DNA of 24,120 bases from a virus (Duplodnaviria > Caudoviricetes). The position numbers and the translations under genes are program-made. Location of the stretch: the IMG/VR virus record IMGVR_UViG_3300036943_000252, positions 1 through 24,120 of that record, one strand, 5' to 3'. Numbering within the stretch: the first letter of the stretch is position 1; each line of letters starts with the position of its first letter. Below are positions 16,868 to 24,120 of the stretch, piece by piece. The notes beneath the pieces were generated by a model. The model searched no databases. It had not been told where the DNA came from and was given only the letters and a program-made list of their open reading frames with translations.

Positions 16868-17191
16868 ATGCCGAATATAAATTATGAGGGTAATAGATCA
16901 AGCATACATCCAGAAGATATTATGGAAGAGTATATGAAGTTTCCAGAACCGTTAAAATGTGCTGTAACGAATCTGCGAGGGTCTGTAGCATTTATGCTGG
17001 GGACGGTAATTGATAAGACCAGAGAGGAAAATGAGGATTTGCCGTATGATACTACGGCAGATTGGGTGTGTGGGCCGAATGAATCTATCGCACTTGTTTT
17101 GAACTTTATTTTAATCGGACAAAGGACGTATGGTGAAGTATGGGTAGAAGAACTCTTTCGACGGTATCAGAAACTGTCGACGAACCAATAG
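16868..17191 (+). CDS. Hypothetical protein
   Basis: ATG 16868 just after the exonuclease stop, with GGGGAG SD; fills the gap to the polymerase. Confidence 0.6.
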   Translation: MPNINYEGNRSSIHPEDIMEEYMKFPEPLKCAVTNLRGSVAFMLGTVIDKTREENEDLPYDTTADWVCGPNESIALVLNFILIGQRTYGEVWVEELFRRYQKLSTNQ

Positions 17192-20100
17192 TAGAGTATA
17201 ACCCCGATTGTAAGTTATGCCCGAAGCTATCTGGAAATGCGTTTACGGTATGTATGCAAGGGGATGGACCTTCGAATGCCGATTTGATGATAGTCGGGGA
17301 GGCTCCTGGGGAGCAGGAAGATGACTTGAACCGTCCATTTGTTGGGCAGGCTGGTGAGTACCTTCGGGATGATTTATTGGTCCCGGCGGGTATTCCTGAA
17401 TCAAAAGTTAGATTCACGAATGCTGTACGTTGTCATCCGAAGCAAAATAAGACCCCTTCAGCAGGTGCGATTCGTAAATGTAGACAATATTTGGAAGCCG
17501 AGATTCGTAGGATAAACCCGATAGTTATTGTTGGTATGGGGAATGTGCCGCTTGCTTCGCTTCTCCATTTTTTCTATTCTAAGGGCGTTGAAGATGGGGC
17601 GTCCAAGAAGACAGAGGCGAAGGTCGGGGGTATTACAAAATGGCAGGGAAAAACTATTTGGCTTCAAGAGTTTCAATGTTGGTTTATACCTACATTTCAT
17701 CCAAGCTATTGTATGCGTAATGAGCGCGGTGGTTCTTTGTATAGTACCAATAAAGTAATTGAAGATTTGTCGAAGGCGTGGGGTTTGGCAAATAAACCCC
17801 GTCCGAATTACCGTATGCCAATAGCGGAAATAGTGGATTCCCCGGAACATGCTCTTACCGTTATTGATGAAATGAAAGAGAACAAGGTATTTGCATTTGA
17901 TATAGAGACCGGAGGAAAGGGCCGTGCAATCGACAAATATGTGCTTGGTGCATCGTTCTGTTGTTCCGAAGATAGGGGTTACTATATTCGATGGAAAACA
18001 TTGAAAGACCCGAAAGTATACTGTGAGTTTATTTCTCTGGTGAATAATAAACTATATACGAAAGTTATGCACAATGGGGCTTATGAACTGAGGATTTTTA
18101 AGTTTAATGATATACCTATTAGTGACAATTATTACGATACGATGATGGCGGTTCATCTTTTGGATGAGAACTTTTATAAAGGATTGAAACCGAATGCGTG
18201 GGTGATGACGAGGTTTGGAGGATACGATGTTGAATTGGAAAAGTACAAGTCTGAGAATAAAATAGTTGAAGATTATTCAAAGATACCGGACGATATGCTT
18301 ACCGAATATGGTGCGTATGATGCTATAGCAACGTGGATTATTTATAATAAAACAAAAAAGGCATTGAAAGAGGAGACTATGTTACCTCTTTTCAATAAGA
18401 TTATTATGCCTGTTCGAAGAGTGCTTACTAATGCAGAAGTAACAGGTATGCGAGTGGATATAGAGCGGGCGAATGCTCTTAAAGATGCAAGCAAAAGAGC
18501 TATGGAAGCTTTGGAAAATTGTATTTATAAAGAAGCTGGTGAAGAGTTTAATCTGAACAGCACCAAACAGCTATCGGATGTGTTGTATGTTCGTATGAAG
18601 CTTCCTGCATTAAAGAAGACGATAAGCGGCTATAGTTGTGACAAAGAGTCTATTGAATATATAAAGAATAAGACCGGCCATCCGATTGCGGGGTATCTAT
18701 CCGATCGTAATTACATTAAAACTATGTTTACTACGCATATATCACAGGCCATTGAGTTTGCATGGCCCGAAGATGGGCGGATACATACGAATTATAATTC
18801 TACCGGGACGGTAACCGGGCGGATAAGTTGTATTGCTGAGAGTACTTTGGTACAGACTTCCCGGGGTAAGGTTCCAATAGAGCAAGTAGTTCCAGGGGAT
18901 TTGGTTCGTTCACATACTGGGGAGTTCCGAAAAGTGCTTCAAACCTTGGATCAAGGTGTACGGCCCGTTTATCGATTGACAACGGAAAAGTCCCGACACA
19001 TACTGTGCACAAGTGACCATAGGTTTCTTACTCCGTTGGGGTGGGTATGTGCAAAGAATCTTGAGGAGGTTTATTGTGATCGACAATCCTATGCTATGCA
19101 CACCCACGGGGCACCGGAGTTTACACCGGAAGTGGAAAGCATTGCGTCATTCACCTATGTGGGAGAAATACAAGTCTATGATCTTACCGTAGATGTCGAT
19201 GCGTCATTTATTGCGGAGGGTTTTTTAGTTCATAATTGTTCGATGCCATCCCTTCAGAACGTCCCCTCTGATTCTTTGATTCGGTCGTTATATACTGCTA
19301 GCCCCGGGAATATGTTGGTAGAGGCAGATTTGAAGAGCGCGGAGATGGCAATTATTGCCGCTATTAGTGGGGAGAGAACGTTTATACGGTCTTTTGAAGA
19401 GGGGCTTGATATTCATTCTGAAACATATCGTCAAATATATGATCTACCCGCTGATTATGAGTGTACAAAGTTAGAGCGTAGGTTGGCTAAGTGTTTTCAT
19501 CCAGATACCGAGGTGCTAACCCCCCGTGGATGGGTTAGAATGCGGGATTTGAGAGGGGAGCCTATAATTCAGGCGGTTCTTGGCTCTATCGGTGAGCCAG
19601 TGAGCTTGGAGTGGACTTCTGAGTATACGTGCCCTCTCGCTCCGAATGAGCACGATAAACTAGTGCATCTCAAAAATGAAGGGATTGATTTAATGGTAAC
19701 CCCGGATCATAGGATGGTTGTCCAAAAATCTGGAACATCGAAAGAGTGGAGTGTAGTGACCCCGTATGAGGTGGAGAAATCACGAGGATGGGTCAATGCT
19801 GGTGTGCTTACTGGTGGTAAGGTAGTGAATGAGGATGTCTTACGTCTTGCTGTCGCCATCCAGGCTGATGGTAGTTTGAATGGTGATCGTGTTAGGTTCG
19901 GGTTTACTAAGAGACGTAAGAAGGATCGTTTATGCCGTCTTTTAGATAGTTTGGGGGCCGAGTATACTGTAGACTGGAAATATCACTGGAAAACTCCGAT
20001 GTGGTATTTTATGGTTTCCGGCGATGCGGTTACTTCTGCATTAAACTTTCTTGAAGATAAGTGCTTTTCGTGGGGAATGCTTGCGTTAGATTTTGATTCC

Positions 20101-20976
20101 CGAAAGGTAATTGTAGATGAGAGTAGATTTTGGGATTCTCATAGGGCGTGTAATCGGAAACAGTTTATTTACTCTTCAAATACTAAGCAGAATGTTGATA
20201 TTTTACAGGCCATTGCATCCTCTATAGGGTTAAAGACTCGGGCGGTGTATAATGGTCGTGGTATGTGGCTTTTGAGTGTTAAGGATCATGCAAAAACTCA
20301 GGGTGGTTCATTGAAACTTACTGAGATACCTTACACTGACAGTGTGGCTTTACTGTCCGTTCCCAGTACGTTTGTATTGGTTCGTTATGGTGGGGTTCCG
20401 ATTATTACTGGACAAACAATTAACTTTGGCCTTATATATGGTATTTCTGCCTCTGGGCTCTCCGCTCGTCTTGGTATGTCTATTGAAGAGGCTCAGGAGT
20501 TCATAGATTTATATTTTGAGCGTCTTCCAAACGTTTCTAAGTGGATGGACAAACAGAAAAGATTTGTTAGGGCTTATGGGTATGTAGAGTCTCCATTTCA
20601 TCGTAAGCGGCATCTTCCTGAAGCGTTATCGGATAAGCCTGTGGATATAGGTAGGGCGGAAAGGCAGGCCATGAATAGCCCTATTCAATCTGGGGCGGCG
20701 GATTATACGTATGTGGGTCTTATACGGTTGGATAGATCGATAAGGAATGACCGTTTGGATGGGCGTATTGTACATTCAGTACATGATTGTGTGGTTACTG
20801 ATACTCCAATGGCGGAGATAGACCAGATGTCGGAATTGGTTGTGAGTGCGTTTGAGCGTCCGTTAAAAATTGTGCCAATTAGGATGGTTGCTGAAGTTGA
20901 AGTCAATAAGCGGTGGGGCCAACAGAATGAATCGAAACTACAGACTATCTTAGATAGTCTTAAAATAGAAGTTTAA
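17140..20976 (+). CDS. polA: Family A DNA polymerase with N-terminal family-4 uracil-DNA glycosylase domain, 3'-5' exonuclease and two inteins (mature about 834 aa)
   Basis: UDG4: CKLC, GEAPGEQED, PFVGQAG, TNAVRC, TFHPSY. Exo: FDIET, HNGAYE, YGAYDA. Pol: TVTGRIS|CSMPSLQN, ADLKSAEM, RRLAK|TINFGLIYG, NSPIQSGAAD, VHD. Confidence 0.95.
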   Translation: MGRRTLSTVSETVDEPIVEYNPDCKLCPKLSGNAFTVCMQGDGPSNADLMIVGEAPGEQEDDLNRPFVGQAGEYLRDDLLVPAGIPESKVRFTNAVRCHPKQNKTPSAGAIRKCRQYLEAEIRRINPIVIVGMGNVPLASLLHFFYSKGVEDGASKKTEAKVGGITKWQGKTIWLQEFQCWFIPTFHPSYCMRNERGGSLYSTNKVIEDLSKAWGLANKPRPNYRMPIAEIVDSPEHALTVIDEMKENKVFAFDIETGGKGRAIDKYVLGASFCCSEDRGYYIRWKTLKDPKVYCEFISLVNNKLYTKVMHNGAYELRIFKFNDIPISDNYYDTMMAVHLLDENFYKGLKPNAWVMTRFGGYDVELEKYKSENKIVEDYSKIPDDMLTEYGAYDAIATWIIYNKTKKALKEETMLPLFNKIIMPVRRVLTNAEVTGMRVDIERANALKDASKRAMEALENCIYKEAGEEFNLNSTKQLSDVLYVRMKLPALKKTISGYSCDKESIEYIKNKTGHPIAGYLSDRNYIKTMFTTHISQAIEFAWPEDGRIHTNYNSTGTVTGRISCIAESTLVQTSRGKVPIEQVVPGDLVRSHTGEFRKVLQTLDQGVRPVYRLTTEKSRHILCTSDHRFLTPLGWVCAKNLEEVYCDRQSYAMHTHGAPEFTPEVESIASFTYVGEIQVYDLTVDVDASFIAEGFLVHNCSMPSLQNVPSDSLIRSLYTASPGNMLVEADLKSAEMAIIAAISGERTFIRSFEEGLDIHSETYRQIYDLPADYECTKLERRLAKCFHPDTEVLTPRGWVRMRDLRGEPIIQAVLGSIGEPVSLEWTSEYTCPLAPNEHDKLVHLKNEGIDLMVTPDHRMVVQKSGTSKEWSVVTPYEVEKSRGWVNAGVLTGGKVVNEDVLRLAVAIQADGSLNGDRVRFGFTKRRKKDRLCRLLDSLGAEYTVDWKYHWKTPMWYFMVSGDAVTSALNFLEDKCFSWGMLALDFDSRKVIVDESRFWDSHRACNRKQFIYSSNTKQNVDILQAIASSIGLKTRAVYNGRGMWLLSVKDHAKTQGGSLKLTEIPYTDSVALLSVPSTFVLVRYGGVPIITGQTINFGLIYGISASGLSARLGMSIEEAQEFIDLYFERLPNVSKWMDKQKRFVRAYGYVESPFHRKRHLPEALSDKPVDIGRAERQAMNSPIQSGAADYTYVGLIRLDRSIRNDRLDGRIVHSVHDCVVTDTPMAEIDQMSELVVSAFERPLKIVPIRMVAEVEVNKRWGQQNESKLQTILDSLKIEV
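18829..19236 (+). mobile_element. Mini-intein (136 aa) in PolA at TGRIS|C
   Basis: Starts CIAESTLV, block B CTSDHRFLT, block F VYDLTV, ends LVHN followed by Cys. Confidence 0.93.
19492..20415 (+). mobile_element. Intein (308 aa) with LAGLIDADG-type endonuclease region and C-terminal Gln, in PolA motif B
   Basis: Starts CFHPDTEVLT, block B VTPDHRM, LAVAIQADG motif, ends PIITGQ followed by Thr; removal restores RRLAKTINFGLIYG. Confidence 0.9.
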
Positions 20977-20987
20977 TTGGAGGGTGT

Positions 20988-21722
20988 ATGAACGTTAATC
21001 CTTATTTGTTTGAAAATCGATTGAAGGTGTCTCTTTTGGATGGGTTTGAAGGGGTGGAATATGATGAACAAGGGCGTATTATTGTACGAACTGCCTATTT
21101 GAAAAGTTCAGAGGTGGGAGGATCGGTACGGTTATATTTTGATGGGAACCGAAAAGAGGTTATGACTGGGAGGCGGTTTGATCCAGTATCTGGCGTAATG
21201 TTACTCAGGCCCGGAACTGTTTATCGAGTGTATACGAATATTACAATGTCAATTGCTTTGCCGAAAGATGTATATGCCGAGATTGTACCGACCGAGGAGG
21301 CCCGTGATGTCCTGACTATCCTCGACGGTCGTATCGAGGAAGGGTTTGAAGGCCAGTTGGTGTTTACTATTATGCCCTATCGACGGATCGAGATGGATAA
21401 ACACACCTCTATCGCTCGTCTTTTATTTCGAAGTGAGAACCCGATGTTTTTTGACGGTAGTGTTGTTATGGATGATGGGTATGTTGATGATCCTCTCAAT
21501 AACACGCCCATTAAGGACTCATATGATGGTACGGGCGATACCCTTACTGAGGAACGAATTACTATTCCAGGCCCATCATTTCTACCCCCGTCAGATTCTG
21601 ATGATCCTGCGCCTTCAAAGTCTACAGTATCCGATGATTCTAATAGAGGCAAAAAAACCACCAAACCAGATAAAAAATCGAAGAGTTCCGAGGGTAAAGA
21701 TTCTACTGTTAAAAAGGATTAA
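20988..21722 (+). CDS. dUTPase/dCTP-deaminase-fold protein with divergent catalytic motifs
   Basis: LLRPGTVY...LPKDVYAEIVP...GRIEEGFEGQL...SIARLLF follows the trimeric dUTPase motif spacing; low-complexity C-terminal tail. Confidence 0.6.
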   Translation: MNVNPYLFENRLKVSLLDGFEGVEYDEQGRIIVRTAYLKSSEVGGSVRLYFDGNRKEVMTGRRFDPVSGVMLLRPGTVYRVYTNITMSIALPKDVYAEIVPTEEARDVLTILDGRIEEGFEGQLVFTIMPYRRIEMDKHTSIARLLFRSENPMFFDGSVVMDDGYVDDPLNNTPIKDSYDGTGDTLTEERITIPGPSFLPPSDSDDPAPSKSTVSDDSNRGKKTTKPDKKSKSSEGKDSTVKKD

Positions 21723-21726
21723 CTAT

Positions 21727-22464
21727 ATGCATGTAAGCTATTTGACCGATATAGAAACTATGAAATCGATTTCTCTATCTGACATTTATACTATGTTTCC
21801 ATCAATACGGGATGATGCGTATATGTGCGCCTTTGCAGAAAAGTCGGTAGAGGGAAAGACCATTGTACAGGTTGGTAGCGAGGAGTATATAGAATATGCG
21901 AAGATAGGGTTAGTACATTCTATTCCAAAACTTAAAGAATTGAGGAATGAAATACTGGGGGTAGTTATTACTGACGAGGGCCAGTATCGGATGGCTAAAT
22001 CTATTGAGGCTGTTGATATAATAGCAATCCGTATGCCATCTGAAAAGCGTATGTTTTTTATCAATTCTCTTGTTGAATCCGAAGATTTTGATTACTCGAA
22101 GGAACATTGGCTGTACGGTGTAAGTAACCCCGCGGAAATGGCTATGTATCGTCATTTCTTCAGTTCGTATACTTCTAGACGGATATCGGTGGCTATATGC
22201 GGGTCGTGTTACTTTGCGAGTGTGTATGGGGTATCGTTTTCTTGGGACTATGGGGTAATAAAGGGGTTTCATCAAATATCGGATTTTGGGGTCCAGTTGC
22301 GAATACCAAGAAATTATGATCGACGTTTGAGCAAAGAACAATATCGATTGTTTTTGCGGAATCAGGAATTGGTTAGGGACTTTTCTTTGGGGGCTGTGGC
22401 CCGGTCGTATGCAGAAAAGATTCGTATTATGCTTGATGGAGGAGGTTTATATGAGGATTTTTAA
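21727..22464 (+). CDS. Hypothetical protein, possible degenerate tRNA-guanine transglycosylase (TGT)-like fold
   Basis: Start set at ATG 21727 after AAGGA. RMFFINSL...KEHWLYGVSNPAEMAMY...RISVAICGS...YG resembles the HxLG...SxDS region of phage TGT-like proteins, from recollection only. Confidence 0.45.
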   Translation: MHVSYLTDIETMKSISLSDIYTMFPSIRDDAYMCAFAEKSVEGKTIVQVGSEEYIEYAKIGLVHSIPKLKELRNEILGVVITDEGQYRMAKSIEAVDIIAIRMPSEKRMFFINSLVESEDFDYSKEHWLYGVSNPAEMAMYRHFFSSYTSRRISVAICGSCYFASVYGVSFSWDYGVIKGFHQISDFGVQLRIPRNYDRRLSKEQYRLFLRNQELVRDFSLGAVARSYAEKIRIMLDGGGLYEDF

Positions 22465-22897
22465 GAGAAAATATGGAGTATATTGTGCGGGATGCGCTTA
22501 TCTTTTTCTCATGCCTGGCGGCGCGCCTCAGTGTCTCGCTACGGCGGACTTTGTGAGGGGGCCGATACGATCTAAAATAGATGTAGTTGGAAGGGTTCCT
22601 GCGGAAAAGCGCAATTCAAATAACGATTGTCCCTATAGGCAACCAGTTAGTTTACGCGCATGGGAAATGAAGCGTTGGATATTATGGAGACTTAGTGATG
22701 GCGAAGACAAACTCAGGGAGCGGAAAATCAAAGAGTACCCGATCCAAGATGAATACAGACGGACACTCAAGTATAGACGGGGCGGGATCGAACAACCGCA
22801 AGACCACCCCAAGTCCGACTACGCAGTCGAATGCGGGGAAGAAAGCACCCTCGAAGACACCAGCTTCGAGGAAGAAATCGACGGTCAAGAGGACTAA
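22451..22897 (+). CDS. Hypothetical Cys-containing (Zn-binding-like) protein
   Basis: ATG 22451 after GGAGG; CAGC...C...CPY; acidic tail. Confidence 0.6.
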   Translation: MRIFKRKYGVYCAGCAYLFLMPGGAPQCLATADFVRGPIRSKIDVVGRVPAEKRNSNNDCPYRQPVSLRAWEMKRWILWRLSDGEDKLRERKIKEYPIQDEYRRTLKYRRGGIEQPQDHPKSDYAVECGEESTLEDTSFEEEIDGQED

Positions 22898-23126
22898 AAG
22901 GACATACCATTGTCTGGGGATGATCGAGGTTACGACAACCCCCCCTTTGAATTACGATTCAAAGGATGTGGAAGTTGTTACTCCGGGGTTGGAGGTGGAT
23001 GAAAATGGGAATGCGTTTGTCAATGCATCTTTGGAGATAGTTGTCGATGGGGTATCGAAAGTACGGATACTTGATGCGCATGGTGTGGCGATACTTTTGA
23101 AGTTTTTGAAGGTGGTGCCGAAATGA
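22695..23126 (+). CDS. Hypothetical protein with basic, disordered N-terminus
   Basis: GGAG SD at 22686; GTG 22695 or ATG 22698; ATGA coupling to the next gene. Confidence 0.55.
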   Translation: MMAKTNSGSGKSKSTRSKMNTDGHSSIDGAGSNNRKTTPSPTTQSNAGKKAPSKTPASRKKSTVKRTKRTYHCLGMIEVTTTPPLNYDSKDVEVVTPGLEVDENGNAFVNASLEIVVDGVSKVRILDAHGVAILLKFLKVVPK

Positions 23127-23806
23127 AATCTGGGTACGATGCGAGTATGTGTCAGGAAATGCTTGATTATGCGGATACTGAGAAAGTAATACAGTTAGAT
23201 TATTCTTCCGGCCCTCCTGAAATGGTTATGGCCCCGATACAAGGGGCTCTTCATGGAGATTTTTTTGAGGTGTCGGAAGTATCAAAAATAGAAGACCTTC
23301 CAGCATTGCCGGAACGGTTACGTGATTTTTCTTTTCGATATGCCACTGAATACCATAAAACACATAAAGCATGGGCGAAAGATTATGGGGTGTCGGCGTC
23401 TGCTATAGAGAAATGGTTATATAACCCGAAGGTGCAGACCTATATTACTGCTGTACGTTATCAGCATCGTTTATTTACTTTGGCGCAATCAATAAAGCTG
23501 CAAAGGCTTACTAATGAAACCATTTATAGAATATTGGGGCATAAATTGACAAGCGACACAATAGGGCCTATCGGTACAATGGCTCGTTTTATGTATAATG
23601 CTTTTACAAATCCTGAAGCGAATAAGCAGTCATCGGGGAATATGAACATTCTTAATGCGTCTGCCTCTGTAAATCCGTCTGATAATCCATATCGATCTGA
23701 GCGAGACGTTACTCCAAAAAGGTTGGAGGATATTCGGAGCGAGATTGAAAACTTGGAAGCCCTAGCGGACGGTCTCGGAGTAGATTATGAACTTGATGGA
23801 TCGTGA
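23123..23806 (+). CDS. Putative terminase small subunit (HTH)
   Basis: HKAWAKDYGVSASAIEKWLYNPKV HTH; directly upstream of and overlapping the large terminase gene. Confidence 0.55.
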   Translation: MKSGYDASMCQEMLDYADTEKVIQLDYSSGPPEMVMAPIQGALHGDFFEVSEVSKIEDLPALPERLRDFSFRYATEYHKTHKAWAKDYGVSASAIEKWLYNPKVQTYITAVRYQHRLFTLAQSIKLQRLTNETIYRILGHKLTSDTIGPIGTMARFMYNAFTNPEANKQSSGNMNILNASASVNPSDNPYRSERDVTPKRLEDIRSEIENLEALADGLGVDYELDGS

Positions 23807-24120
23807 TAAGTTCGATAAACTCTCATACGACGATCAGAAAAAGTATATATCGGCCAGTTCGAAATACGCAAATATTCTAAACTCATCAGTATTAAAAGAG
23901 GTATCAAAGTATAGGCCGCTTCATTGGGCGGTTTATAGACACCGAAATACGCGCCTTCAGAGGATGAACTTTAAGGATGTTCCGTATTTATTATCATTGT
24001 ATAAACAGATTGATGATATACCACATTTGGTGGTGGAAAAAAGCGTGCAATGTGGCTTATCGGAATTATTTATTATTTTATCGCATATAGAAGCCGGTGA
24101 GAGAGGGATGACAGTAATGT
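23787..24120 (+). CDS. Terminase large subunit, lambda GpA-like family (5' part; runs off the window)
   Basis: Not in ORF track. GGAG then ATG 23787: MNLMDRDKFDK...RMNFKDVPYLLSLYKQIDDIPHLVVEKSVQCGLSE..., matching the GpA-type F..PY motif and deviant Walker A KSxQxGxSE. Confidence 0.8.
   Translation, partial: MNLMDRDKFDKLSYDDQKKYISASSKYANILNSSVLKEVSKYRPLHWAVYRHRNTRLQRMNFKDVPYLLSLYKQIDDIPHLVVEKSVQCGLSELFIILSHIEAGERGMTVM

Noticed and set aside
21346-21726. N-terminal extension of ORF 21346-22464
   Set aside because: Lies inside the dUTPase-like gene; ATG 21727 right after its stop is more plausible.
1477-22888. Minus-strand and nested short ORFs in the track
   Set aside because: All shadow well-supported + strand genes and show no recognisable motifs.
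1-24120. tRNA, rRNA, integrase, transposase or reverse transcriptase
   Set aside because: No non-coding space with such structures and no matching protein motifs were seen.

Overview
A 24 kb, entirely +-strand segment of a large dsDNA bacteriophage (or phage-plasmid) covering its replication/recombination module and the start of the packaging module. Order: end of a membrane-protein gene, cUUCGg terminator, 5.7 identical 30-bp palindrome-containing repeats, sigma70-type promoter, then a tightly coupled operon (HTH-like protein, replication initiator-like protein with an internal CTAG-rich inverted repeat, DnaC-like loader, DnaB, DnaG-type primase, HTH/coiled-coil protein, FtsZ/tubulin-family GTPase). 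A second promoter precedes UvsY-like, gp32-like SSB, RecA (mini-intein in the P-loop), SbcD/SbcC, HNH, DinG-like helicase, RuvC-like resolvase, 5'-3' exonuclease, a UDG4-fused family A DNA polymerase with two inteins (one ending in Gln), apparently degenerate dUTPase-like and TGT-like proteins, and small and GpA-type large terminase genes. The most interesting signal is a candidate tubulin-based (TubZRC/TubY-like) DNA positioning system built into the replication-initiation operon. All calls come from motif reading only; no searches were run.
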